The notes under the pieces: generated by a model
The model's input: the letters and a program-made list of their open reading frames with translations, nothing else
The model's database searches: none
Told to the model about the DNA's origin: nothing
Shown: piece after piece, positions 37,666 through 46,621 of the stretch
Layout of the letters: each line of letters opens with the position of its first letter
How positions within the stretch are numbered: the stretch's first letter is position 1
Source: an uncultured Eubacteriales bacterium
GTDB lineage: Bacteria; Bacillota; Clostridia; Lachnospirales; Bianqueaceae
Length of the DNA: 64,000 nt
Reading direction: 5' to 3'
NCBI GenBank assembly: GCA_900316145.1
Contig: ONBQ01000030.1
Location: forward strand, 288 to 64,287
Made by a program: the position numbers and the translations under genes

Positions 37666-38526
37666 ATGAAGATCGGATTTATCGGGCTGGGCATCATGGG
37701 CGAGGCCATGTGCGCCAATATCGCGCGCAAGCACAATGATACGGTCTATGGCTATGATGTGCGTCCGGAGCGCTGCGCTATAGAAGGGGTCATCGCCGTC
37801 ACGAACAGTGTGGAACTGGCCCGCCTGTCAGATATCATCATTACCATGGTGCCAAAGTCAGAGCATTCAAGAGCGGTCTATGAGGAGATCTTAGACGTTC
37901 TGGGACCGGACAAGATCTGCATCGATATGAGCACGATCGAGCCTAAGGTGTCGATCGAGATCAATGAAATGGTCAGAACGCGCGGAGCCGCTTTCCTGGA
38001 CGCCCCGGTCGTAAAATCCCGCCCGGCCGCGGAAAAGGGAGAACTGGGCATCTATGTTGGCGGTCCGGAAGAAGAGTATCAGAAGATCCTGCCTGTTCTT
38101 CATTACATGGGAAGGAACGTGATCCGCATGGGTCAGAACGGAGCCGGCCTGGTCATGAAGATCTGCCATAACGCGCTGGTCTCGCAGATCCAGAACGGTG
38201 TCAATGAAACGGTCACGCTGGCGGCCGCCAACGGCATCGACGTCATGACATTCGCGGAAGCGATCTCCTACGGCGGCGGGCAGAATTTCTATCTGGACAG
38301 CAAAAAGCAGGTGATCCGCGATCAGGATTTCACCACTGCTTTTTCCATCGAGAACATGAACAAGGATGTTCATATCTGCCAGGCGCTTGCCGCAGAGAGC
38401 GGTGTTGAAATGCCGGGTGAAGAAAATGTGATCCGGGTCTATGAAAAAGCCATGGATCTGGGCCTCGGCGCAAAGGATTTCAGCGCGACCTATTCTGTCG
38501 TTTCAGGCGCGAAGAAGGAGGCATAA
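37666..38526 (+). CDS. NAD(P)-dependent beta-hydroxyacid dehydrogenase (3-hydroxyisobutyrate/tartronate-semialdehyde reductase family; candidate sulfolactaldehyde reductase)
   Basis: MKIGFIGLGIMGEAM Rossmann motif, DAPVVKS, KICHNALV.. Confidence 0.8.
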   Translation: MKIGFIGLGIMGEAMCANIARKHNDTVYGYDVRPERCAIEGVIAVTNSVELARLSDIIITMVPKSEHSRAVYEEILDVLGPDKICIDMSTIEPKVSIEINEMVRTRGAAFLDAPVVKSRPAAEKGELGIYVGGPEEEYQKILPVLHYMGRNVIRMGQNGAGLVMKICHNALVSQIQNGVNETVTLAAANGIDVMTFAEAISYGGGQNFYLDSKKQVIRDQDFTTAFSIENMNKDVHICQALAAESGVEMPGEENVIRVYEKAMDLGLGAKDFSATYSVVSGAKKEA

Positions 38527-38529
38527 AGG

Positions 38530-39840
38530 ATGAAGATCCTCTACATTCCGATCGGTGTCGGCACCTATCACATGGAAACAGCCGGAGCCTGTTTTGAAGC
38601 CTCCCGCAAATTGCTGCAGGAGATCGATCCCGAGATCATCTGCCCGGAAAGTCTGCTGCTGAGCGTGCCGGCCGTAGCCGGCTTCATCGGAGACCACACG
38701 CCGGATCTGGTGATCCTGCAAAACGTAACATTCGCCAACGCAGCCTATACGGCAGAAGTACTTCGTCGCGTTACCTGCCCTATCGTACTGTGGACGTTGA
38801 GAGAGCCGGCCGGTGAGCCGGGCGGGCGTCTGAAGATGAACGCGCTTACAGGAGCCTTCGCTTCCGCCAATACCTTGCATCAGTTCCGCGAGGAAAAGCC
38901 GGTCTTCCTGTTCGGAGATCCGGAGGAGGTCCGGACTTCCCTGACAGCTGCGATCCGGGCCGCGAAAGCCAGAAAAGCCTTAAAGGAACTGACCATTGCC
39001 GCCGTCGGCCATACGCCGCAGGGCTTCGGATTCGGGCGGGCACTGGACCAGGATCTGATGAAGACCTTCGGCTGTGAACTGATCAGCATAGAAGCCAGAG
39101 AACTGATGGAAAAAGCAAAGAACGGCGAGCCGGATGAAAAAGCATCCGAGGGGCTGGTCGGTCTGGAACAGACACCGGAGGAGCGGCGGCTCGGTTTTCT
39201 GAAACTGTATCGGGCGTATAAAGACTTTGTAGAAGAAAACCACATAGGAGCCCTGGCTTCCCGCTGCTGGCCGGACTTCTTCACGGACTATGGAACACCG
39301 GTGTGCAGCGTACTTTCTGTCCTGAACGCGGAAGGCATCCCTTGTGCGTGTGAGTGTGATATCTATGGCGCGCTGTCCATGTATCTGGGACAGCTGCTGA
39401 CCGGTTCGCCTGCGTTCTTTGGAGACCCGGTCGCGCTGAACGAAGAAGATAACACGCTTACGTTCTGGCATTGCGGCATGGCCTCCTGCAACCTGGCCCG
39501 TACGGATACAGGAGCCGCGGTAGGCGTGCATCCGAATCGCAAGATCGGACCGACCATGGAATTCGGGTTAAAGCCGGCGCAGCATGTCACGTTGCTGCGC
39601 GTCGGACGGGATAAGGATGGTTCCTTCCGCCTGTTCGTAGCGAAGGGCCGCGCCCTGGATCGGCCCAAGCAGTATCTTGGGACCTCTGTCGTGGTAGAGA
39701 CCGAGCCGGATGTGAAGGACATGGTCTCGTTCCTGCTGGAAAATGGGTATGAACCGCATTACGCAGTCATTTACGGAGACGCGGCAGAAAGCCTGGAAAT
39801 GCTGGGCCGCATGCTGAATATCAAGGTGGACCGCTTATGA
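38530..39840 (+). CDS. L-fucose/L-arabinose-isomerase-like aldose-ketose isomerase (specificity unknown)
   Basis: 436 aa. The N-terminal Rossmann-like half with ..GGRLKMNALTGAFASAN.. resembles the fucose-isomerase-like superfamily. This is a recollection-based call. Confidence 0.5.
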   Translation: MKILYIPIGVGTYHMETAGACFEASRKLLQEIDPEIICPESLLLSVPAVAGFIGDHTPDLVILQNVTFANAAYTAEVLRRVTCPIVLWTLREPAGEPGGRLKMNALTGAFASANTLHQFREEKPVFLFGDPEEVRTSLTAAIRAAKARKALKELTIAAVGHTPQGFGFGRALDQDLMKTFGCELISIEARELMEKAKNGEPDEKASEGLVGLEQTPEERRLGFLKLYRAYKDFVEENHIGALASRCWPDFFTDYGTPVCSVLSVLNAEGIPCACECDIYGALSMYLGQLLTGSPAFFGDPVALNEEDNTLTFWHCGMASCNLARTDTGAAVGVHPNRKIGPTMEFGLKPAQHVTLLRVGRDKDGSFRLFVAKGRALDRPKQYLGTSVVVETEPDVKDMVSFLLENGYEPHYAVIYGDAAESLEMLGRMLNIKVDRL

Positions 39841-41738
39841 TGGACTTGGATCAGATCCGGATCGAGGCCGGATATGGAAGCGCTTCCTTCCCGATGAAGA
39901 AGGGCAGCTTCCAGTATGATGATGTCATTACCGAGATCAAGCCATGGAATGGCCAGGTCGAGGTCGATACGCTCAATGATCAGGAATGCCGCCTACGCCT
40001 GAAAATGGAGGAAGACTTTAACCGGATCCGGATCACCTTTCCTGCCGACGCCAGACACTTTTATGGCGGCGGTGAGACCTTTTCCGAGTGGGATCTGAAG
40101 GGACAGCGCATCCGCGTTTGGGTCGCGGAGCATCAGAACGCGGACCGTATCGATCGCAAGATCGCGAGACAGGAAGAACGAGGTGTCGATCCGGAGTTCA
40201 AAGAACCGTTTGAGGCCTATGAATCCTACTATGTACAGCCTACTTTCATCACGGATACGAAGGAGTATGTCCATGTCGACACCACGGCTTTCGCCGCGTT
40301 TGACTTTACTTCCGAGGGATATGTAACGATCGAACTGTTCGAGAACGCGCCTGTCTACTTTGGAAAAGCGGATACCTTTACCGGGCTGGCTGAACTTTTG
40401 ACCAGGCGCCTCGGAAGGCAGAAATGCCTGCCGGACTGGACGCATGACGGCATGATCCTGGCCATTCAGCAAGGACCGGAAGTCATAGATCAAAAGATCC
40501 GGAAAGCCAGGAAAGCCGGCGTCCCGATCGCGGGCATCTGGAGCCAGGACTGGTGCGGCTGCCGGCGCACGGGCTTCGGTTATCAGGTCATGTGGAACTG
40601 GCGCTATGATGAAGAATTGTATGCCGGCCTGCCGGAGAAGATCCGGGAATGGAACAAGGAAGGGATCCGCTTCCTTGGCTACATCAACCCATTCATGGCC
40701 ATCGAAAAAGATATCTACCGCTACGCTTCCGAACACGGTTACTGCGTGAAAGACAAAGAAGGCAAGGATTATCTGGTCACCATCACCACCTTCCCGGCGG
40801 CCATGATCGACCTGACCAACCCGGATGCCTATGACTGGTATAAAGGACTGATCAAAAAGAATCTGATCGGCTTAGGGCTGTCCGGCTGGATGGCGGATTT
40901 CGGCGAATACCTGCCTGTTGACTGTGTCCTGTATTCCGGAGCGGATCCGTGGAAGATCCACAATGAGTGGCCGGCCATCTGGGCTAAGCTGAACCGGGAA
41001 GCGGTCTTGGAAAGCGGCAAGGAGGGCGAAGTTTTCTTCTTCACCCGCGCGGGCTACACCGGAACCATCCGGGAGTCGACCATGATGTGGACCGGGGACC
41101 AGCATGTGGATTGGTCTCTGGATGACGGGCTGGCGTCCGTGATCCCGGCCACGCTTTCTCTGGCAGTCTGCGGCTATGGCCTGAGCCATTCCGATGTCGG
41201 TGGATACACCACCATCGGTCCCATTACACGAACGCGGGAACTGCTGATGCGTTGGGAGGAGATGAACGCGTTTTCTCCGCTCATGCGCAGCCATGAGGGC
41301 AACCGACCCTCTTTGAATGTTCAGTTCGATGATGATGAAGAACTGTTAGCGCATCTGAAGCGCTGTGTCGATATCCACGTCAGTTTAAAAGAGTATCTGA
41401 AAGAACTGGAGCGCTTCAACGAAGAAAAAGGGATCCCCGTTATGCGGCCGCTCTTCTATCACTATGATGAGGATTGGACCTACTCAGAATCCTTTGAGTA
41501 CCTGCTGGGAAAGGATCTGCTCGTCGCGCCAGTCATCAAGCAGGGAGCGACCACGCGAACGGTGCATCTGCCTGAGGACCGCTGGGAGCATGTCTGGACC
41601 GGGCAGACTTATGAGGGAGGAACCGTAACGGTCGAAGCGCCGCTGGGGCAGATCCCCGTATTTATACGCAAAGATTCCGAATGGTATGACGCGATCAAGA
41701 AAGGATTCTGCGCCTGGCGCGAGGAGGCGAAAGCTTAA
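39837..41738 (+). CDS. GH31 alpha-glycosidase of the YihQ (sulfoquinovosidase) subfamily
   Basis: 633 aa, with ATGA overlap with the previous gene. GIWSQDWCG..VMWNW, GWMADFGEYLP (nucleophile Asp), MMWTGDQHVDWSLDDGLASVIPA, HSDVGGYTT, PLMRSHEGNRP. Confidence 0.8.
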   Translation: MMDLDQIRIEAGYGSASFPMKKGSFQYDDVITEIKPWNGQVEVDTLNDQECRLRLKMEEDFNRIRITFPADARHFYGGGETFSEWDLKGQRIRVWVAEHQNADRIDRKIARQEERGVDPEFKEPFEAYESYYVQPTFITDTKEYVHVDTTAFAAFDFTSEGYVTIELFENAPVYFGKADTFTGLAELLTRRLGRQKCLPDWTHDGMILAIQQGPEVIDQKIRKARKAGVPIAGIWSQDWCGCRRTGFGYQVMWNWRYDEELYAGLPEKIREWNKEGIRFLGYINPFMAIEKDIYRYASEHGYCVKDKEGKDYLVTITTFPAAMIDLTNPDAYDWYKGLIKKNLIGLGLSGWMADFGEYLPVDCVLYSGADPWKIHNEWPAIWAKLNREAVLESGKEGEVFFFTRAGYTGTIRESTMMWTGDQHVDWSLDDGLASVIPATLSLAVCGYGLSHSDVGGYTTIGPITRTRELLMRWEEMNAFSPLMRSHEGNRPSLNVQFDDDEELLAHLKRCVDIHVSLKEYLKELERFNEEKGIPVMRPLFYHYDEDWTYSESFEYLLGKDLLVAPVIKQGATTRTVHLPEDRWEHVWTGQTYEGGTVTVEAPLGQIPVFIRKDSEWYDAIKKGFCAWREEAKA

Positions 41739-41742
41739 AACT

Positions 41743-42576
41743 ATGGAGACACGAAAGATCTATTCCAAAAACGCGGACTACCAGCGTTTTGAAGTATTGA
41801 AAAACAACCGTGCCAAGCGTACGAAGATGGGCGTGTTCTTATGTGAAGGCGTGCGCAACCTGAATGAAGCCAGGAAACGAGGCTGGACCTTTGAATCCTT
41901 CATTTTCGCCATGGACGCCCGCCTGTCTGACTGGGCCTGCGACATGATCCGATCTGTAAAGACCGAGGTCAACTACGCAGTCAAAGAGGATCTCTTAAAA
42001 GAGCTTTCCGGCAAAGAAGATACCTCCGAGCTGATGGCGATCATCCGCATGTGTAAGGATGATCCGCAAGCGATCCTGGATCACCTGTCCGACGATCCGG
42101 TCATCGCCTTGTTTGACCGGCCGTCCAACCATGGCAACCTGGGTACGATCATCCGCTCCGCGGACGCGCTGGGGGTCGAAGCCTTGATCCTGACCGGACA
42201 TGGGGTAGATCTCTATGAGCCCGCCGTCGTGACCAGCACGATGGGATCGTTCTTCGCCGTGCCGGTGCTCAGGCTGTCTTCCAATCGGGAGATCGAGGAC
42301 TTTTTCCAGGCTCTGAGGGATAAGTATGAAGGATTTCAGATCCTGGGTTCGACCGCTCACGCGACAGACATGATCTATGATGTCGACCTTACCGGTCCGT
42401 CCCTGATCCTGATCGGCAATGAGACGGAAGGCCTGACGCAGCATTACCGGGAGTGCTGCGACAAACAGGTCAAGATCCCGATGGCGGAAGGCTCCTGCGC
42501 GTCCTCCTTCAATGTAGGCTGCGCGGCAACCGTTCTGTTTTATGAAGCTATGAGACAAAGGGGGTTAAGAGCGTGA
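41743..42576 (+). CDS. TrmH/SpoU-family RNA 2'-O-methyltransferase
   Basis: ATG at 41743, just after the GH31 stop. SPOUT motifs NHGNLGTIIRSA, LIGNETEGL, IPMAEGSCASSFNV. Confidence 0.8.
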   Translation: METRKIYSKNADYQRFEVLKNNRAKRTKMGVFLCEGVRNLNEARKRGWTFESFIFAMDARLSDWACDMIRSVKTEVNYAVKEDLLKELSGKEDTSELMAIIRMCKDDPQAILDHLSDDPVIALFDRPSNHGNLGTIIRSADALGVEALILTGHGVDLYEPAVVTSTMGSFFAVPVLRLSSNREIEDFFQALRDKYEGFQILGSTAHATDMIYDVDLTGPSLILIGNETEGLTQHYRECCDKQVKIPMAEGSCASSFNVGCAATVLFYEAMRQRGLRA

Positions 42577-42986
42577 AAGAGTTTTGGCGTTTTATCAAGT
42601 TCGCTCTGTTTTCTGCAAGCGCTGGCCTGATCGAGATCGGGTCCTTCGCCTTGTTCAACGAAGTGATGCACTGGCCGTACTGGCTGAGTTACCTGGTCGC
42701 TTTGGTCCTGTCTGTGGTGTGGAACTTCACGCTCAACCGCAAGTTCACCTTCAAATCCGCGGCCAATGTACCGATCGCCATGCTGAAGGTCGCTCTGTTT
42801 TACGCGGTCTTCACACCGCTTTCGACCTTGCTGGAGCACCAGCTCGCCGGAAACCTGGGATGGAACGAGTATCTGGTCACCGCGATCAACATGGGCCTGA
42901 ACTTCGTCACGGAGTTCCTGTATCAGCGCTTCTTCGTATTCGGTTCCTCCATCGATACCCAGAAAGGCGCAAAAAAAGAAGAATAA
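42573..42986 (+). CDS. GtrA-family membrane protein
   Basis: GTG start in a GTGA overlap. 137 aa, 4 TM. FIKFALFSASAGLIEIGSF..NFTLNRKFTF. Confidence 0.8.
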   Translation: MKEFWRFIKFALFSASAGLIEIGSFALFNEVMHWPYWLSYLVALVLSVVWNFTLNRKFTFKSAANVPIAMLKVALFYAVFTPLSTLLEHQLAGNLGWNEYLVTAINMGLNFVTEFLYQRFFVFGSSIDTQKGAKKEE

Positions 42987-42990
42987 ACAA

Positions 42991-43016
42991 AAAGCCGCGA
43001 GTAAGCGGCTTTTGTT
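42991..43016 (+). terminator. Rho-independent terminator
   Basis: AGCCGC (42993-42998) / GCGGCT (43005-43010), followed by TTTGTTG. Confidence 0.7.
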
Positions 43017-43085
43017 GTGATTGGACTTGCTGGACCATGGAAGGGAAAAACGTCGCTTAAGACCAGGGTATCTGTCCCGGAACAT

Positions 43086-43114
43086 GAAAAAAGCGACTGC
43101 TTGTTGCAGTCGCT
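43086..43114 (-). terminator. Rho-independent terminator of the tRNA operon
   Basis: GCGACTGC / GCAGTCGC stem. On the minus strand it is followed by TTTTTT (the plus-strand A run at 43086-43091). Confidence 0.7.
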
Positions 43115-43122
43115 TGAAGGAG

Positions 43123-43193
43123 AGGTGCCACCCAGAATCGAACTGGGGGTGGGGGAGTTGCAGTCCCATGCCTTACCGCTTGGCTATGGCACC
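43123..43193 (-). tRNA. tRNA-Cys (GCA)
   Basis: Reverse complement is GGTGCCATAGCCAAGCGGTAAGGCATGGGACTGCAACTCCCCCACCCCCAGTTCGATTCTGGGTGGCACCT. Cloverleaf with loop CTGCAAC, T-loop GTTCGATTC and U73 discriminator; no encoded CCA. Confidence 0.85.
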
Positions 43194-43201
43194 TGATAAA
43201 G

Positions 43202-43273
43202 TGACCCGTGGGAGAATCGAACTCCCGTTACCGCCGTGAAAGGGCGATGTCTTAACCGCTTGACCAACGGGCC
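43202..43273 (-). tRNA. tRNA-Glu (UUC)
   Basis: Reverse complement is GGCCCGTTGGTCAAGCGGTTAAGACATCGCCCTTTCACGGCGGTAACGGGAGTTCGATTCTCCCACGGGTCA. Anticodon loop CTTTCAC; no encoded CCA. Confidence 0.9.
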
Positions 43274-43395
43274 TAGTCGAACCATCACATTAACCAGAGC
43301 TCAAACGATCGAGGTTCGACCCGAGTTTTGCTGTCGCAAAACTCCGATGGCTAATGAGAATGATTTCTGCATTCACTTTTTGTGAAGCGAAAATT

Positions 43396-43424
43396 AGTAT
43401 ACCATAGCGGACATCCGGTGTCAA
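43396..43424 (-). promoter_or_regulatory. Near-consensus sigma-70 promoter of the tRNA-Glu/tRNA-Cys operon
   Basis: On the minus strand: TTGACA (43424-43419), 17 nt, TATACT (43401-43396). The leader of about 115 nt has two strong stems. Confidence 0.6.
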
Positions 43425-43534
43425 CCCTTATGAGGAAGATTTTTTTCTTTATGATTCCGGGAGAGTGTGGTACAATAATTAAATGAGTATGGAACACCCG
43501 GACGGGTCGTCAAAGAAAAGGAGAAGGGATCGAT

Positions 43535-44248
43535 ATGAAGATCGCAGGCAGTTCCCGCAAGGACGGGATGACATTATATGGTCCGCATTACAAGGTCAAC
43601 GTAACGGTGCCGGAACCCGGCGCGGACCCGGTCGTAGAAGTAAAAAAGCATCATGCGGGTGAAACCGTATCCAAGACCAAAGGGATCCCGGTCCTTCGAG
43701 GCATGACGAGCCTGATCCTGAACAACGGGATCATGGCGATCGTGCTGGGCATGCAGCTTCTCATCGAGGTCCAGGAGGCCAGAGGAAAAAAGCATACGTT
43801 GCTGAGCCTGGCCAGCGTCGGGCTGTCCGGCTACATGGCTTACTCTATCGCGGGCAATGTGCAGGAGCTGCGCAAGTTCCACGGGGCGGAGCATAAAGTC
43901 ATCGGAAACCAGGACCTGGGCCAGCCGAACGATCTGAAGCACGTGCGGGAAGCTTCACGCATCAGCGACCGCTGCGGTACCAATTTCATCGGATTTTATA
44001 TTCCGGCGCAGCTGATCAGCGCCTTGCTGCCCATCCGGTCCGAAACGGTCAAAACGCTTCTTGGCATGGGGCTGGCGTATGAGGCGTTCAAACTGGATCG
44101 GGAGAAATACGGAAAGTATGTGGGGCCGTTCTACAAACTGGGAGGTCTTGCACAGAAATATCTGACGACAGCGGAGCCGGAGGAAGCCCATCTGAAGGCG
44201 GCGATCGCGGCCATGGATGCGCTTTTGGAGGCGGAATCAGGAGCCTGA
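43535..44248 (+). CDS. DUF1385 (YqhQ-like) membrane protein
   Basis: 237 aa. IPVLRGM, FHGAEHKVI, SRISDRCGTNF, LTTAEPEE. Confidence 0.8.
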   Translation: MKIAGSSRKDGMTLYGPHYKVNVTVPEPGADPVVEVKKHHAGETVSKTKGIPVLRGMTSLILNNGIMAIVLGMQLLIEVQEARGKKHTLLSLASVGLSGYMAYSIAGNVQELRKFHGAEHKVIGNQDLGQPNDLKHVREASRISDRCGTNFIGFYIPAQLISALLPIRSETVKTLLGMGLAYEAFKLDREKYGKYVGPFYKLGGLAQKYLTTAEPEEAHLKAAIAAMDALLEAESGA

Positions 44249-44314
44249 AGAAGGAACCAAGGCTCGTTTTTCAAGAAGAAATACTGGCTGATTTCACCAA
44301 AAAGGCTTGCATTG

Positions 44315-44344
44315 TTGACAGGATTATGTTTTAATTATTATTAG
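44315..44344 (+). promoter_or_regulatory. Candidate promoter of the atp operon
   Basis: TTGACA (44315-44320), 18 nt, TATTAT (44339-44344). Confidence 0.4.
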
Positions 44345-44384
44345 CCAAATCTATGCAGAGATACAGGCAAAAGGGGTTTTTCGC

Positions 44385-44684
44385 TTGAAGGATTCAAAAG
44401 AAGTCTACCGAAGTCTGGCCATGCTTACCCAGGTCAGTCTTCAGCTCCTGATCCCGATCCTGATCGGGGTGTTCGGGGGCATCTGGCTGGATAAGATCTT
44501 AGGGATCAGTCCGTGGCTGACCATCGTAGGGTCGGTAGTGGGCATTGCTGCCGCGTTCCGCAACCTGTATATGTGGTCCACCCGGGAGATCCGCCGCATG
44601 GAAAAGAGCGACCGGGTCGTACAGGCCAAGCGGGAGACAGGCCTTGGTACGCCGGATGAGGAGGAAGATCAAGATCAAATCTAA
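44385..44684 (+). CDS. AtpZ/AtpI-family small membrane protein
   Basis: TTG start after AAGGGG. 99 aa, two TM (LAMLTQVSLQLLIPILIGVFGGIWLDK..). It is the first gene of the atp operon. Confidence 0.6.
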   Translation: MKDSKEVYRSLAMLTQVSLQLLIPILIGVFGGIWLDKILGISPWLTIVGSVVGIAAAFRNLYMWSTREIRRMEKSDRVVQAKRETGLGTPDEEEDQDQI

Positions 44685-44691
44685 GAATTCT

Positions 44692-45300
44692 ATGTTCTGG
44701 CAGCTCTCCTGGAAGGTCGCCGTGTTATGTGTCGTGGTATTCATCGTAGGGTGCTTCTTCACCGATCCCCTGTCATGGGGCATGGGCGTCCTGGTGGGCG
44801 GCGGATTCACGATCATCCGTTTAAAGTGGATGGATTATTCCGTTGAAAAAGCGGTGACCGGAGACCCGTCCAAGGCATCCGGATATATGACACGCTCGTA
44901 TTTCACACGGTATCTGGCCACGGCTTTGGTGCTGGTCGCAACGGCGAAAGTACCCTGGATCTCGCTCTACAGCGCCATGATCTCCATGTTCATGCTCAAG
45001 ATCGCGACCTTTGCGCAAGGCTTCTTCGAAAAGAAAGTGCCGAAGGACGGCAGCGTTCAGTTCGAAGAATGGGTCGATGAGGAAGAGGAAGAAGAGGAAG
45101 AGTGGGATCGCTGGGAAACCTACAACCTTCGGGCGACCCGCAAAAAGGCGCGGCAGAAGGGCAAGATCGAGCGGGATCGCCAAAAAGCCGCAGAAGCACT
45201 TTCCGAAGCTGCCGTAGAACCTGTATCGGAGCCAGACCCGCAGATCGCGGAACCGGCTGCTGAAGAAGACGATGGCGAACAGCTTTCGCTGTTCGATTGA
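44692..45300 (+). CDS. atpI: ATP synthase protein I (AtpI) with a long charged C-terminal extension
   Basis: ATG at 44692; an alternative ATG at 44656 overlaps atpZ. Four hydrophobic segments, followed by about 90 aa of E/K/R-rich tail. Confidence 0.6.
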   Translation: MFWQLSWKVAVLCVVVFIVGCFFTDPLSWGMGVLVGGGFTIIRLKWMDYSVEKAVTGDPSKASGYMTRSYFTRYLATALVLVATAKVPWISLYSAMISMFMLKIATFAQGFFEKKVPKDGSVQFEEWVDEEEEEEEEWDRWETYNLRATRKKARQKGKIERDRQKAAEALSEAAVEPVSEPDPQIAEPAAEEDDGEQLSLFD

Positions 45301-45324
45301 TAACTCAAGAAGAGAGGTGATATT

Positions 45325-46077
45325 TTGCCGATATTCTTACTGGCCACGGAAGAGGTGGATTTTAATATCCACACCATAAAAGAATTCACGATCTTTGGTG
45401 TGAAATTCGTATTCACCAATTCCATGTGGAATGCATTGTGCATCGCCGTCGCGATCGTGATCTTCTGCATCATCGCAGGAAGGAAGATCCGGCGCGCCGA
45501 TCCACTCAAGCCGCAAAAAGGCTTGGTCGGTATCCTGGAGATGCTGGTCGAAATGCTGGACAAGACCACGGTCGAAACGATGGGTCCGCAGAACAAGAAC
45601 TTCTCCGCGTTCTACGGCGGCATGATCATTTACATCATGGTGTGCAACCTGTCCGGACTGCTGCTGTGGTTCGTCCCGTATCCCGGACGGCTGACCATCG
45701 ATTTCATGCGGCCTCCGACTGCTGACCTGGCCGTGACCCTGAGCCTGGCCCTGATCACGTTCTTCATGACCCAGGGCTTCGGACTGAAAGCAAAAGGCCT
45801 CAAAGGCTGGCTGAAAGGCTTCACCGAACCGGTCGCCTTCCTGACCCCGATCAACCTGATCGGAGAAGTCGCCAACCCGGTCTCGCTTTCCTTCCGTCTC
45901 ATGGGCAACGTCCTGGCCGGAACCATCATCATGGGCCTCTACTACGGCATGCTGCCGTATCTGACCTACATCATCACGCCCGCCCTGCACTTCTACTTCG
46001 ACGTCTTCGCAGGCCTCCTGCAAAGTTATATCTTCATGATGTTGAGTATGATCTACGTAAGCGGAGCGATGGAATGA
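45325..46077 (+). CDS. atpB: F0 ATP synthase subunit a
   Basis: 250 aa. Conserved LSFRLMGNVLAG (stator Arg) and C-terminal ..QSYIFMMLSMIY. Confidence 0.9.
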   Translation: MPIFLLATEEVDFNIHTIKEFTIFGVKFVFTNSMWNALCIAVAIVIFCIIAGRKIRRADPLKPQKGLVGILEMLVEMLDKTTVETMGPQNKNFSAFYGGMIIYIMVCNLSGLLLWFVPYPGRLTIDFMRPPTADLAVTLSLALITFFMTQGFGLKAKGLKGWLKGFTEPVAFLTPINLIGEVANPVSLSFRLMGNVLAGTIIMGLYYGMLPYLTYIITPALHFYFDVFAGLLQSYIFMMLSMIYVSGAME

Positions 46078-46089
46078 TACAAAGCGTAA

Positions 46090-46257
46090 GAAGTCCGAAA
46101 AATTGCCGGGAGCTGGCTCGCGGGCAATTTTGAGAGACTTCGGATGCTGCAACGACTCGAGAACGAAGTGCGAAGCACGGGAGTTCGAGGAAGTTGCAGG
46201 AACGCGGAAGCGTTCCGTTTGTATCCACATTCTCAACCGACTGACTTCTTCAGTCGC
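46090..46257 (+). other. Structured intergenic element (four consecutive hairpins) between atpB and atpE
   Basis: TCCGA+AAAATTGCC / GGCAATTTT..TTCGGA (46094-46144). CTGCAAC/GTTGCAG with inner CTCGA/TCGAG and GTGC-GAA-GCAC (46147-46198). GGAACGC-GGAA-GCGTTCC (46199-46216). CGACTGA-CTTCT-TCAGTCG (46239-46257). Confidence 0.4.
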
Positions 46258-46276
46258 ACCTTTGTATTCAATTTAA

Positions 46277-46603
<327 letters not shown>

Positions 46604-46621
46604 CATAAGGAGGATCCCTTC

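Noticed and set aside
43274-43395. The 115-nt leader upstream of tRNA-Glu, considered as a third tRNA, a T-box or a small RNA
   Set aside because: There is no cloverleaf, specifier or T-box sequence. GAGTTTTGC/GCAAAACTC and GTCGAACC/GGTTCGAC are simple stems, most easily explained as precursor-processing structure.
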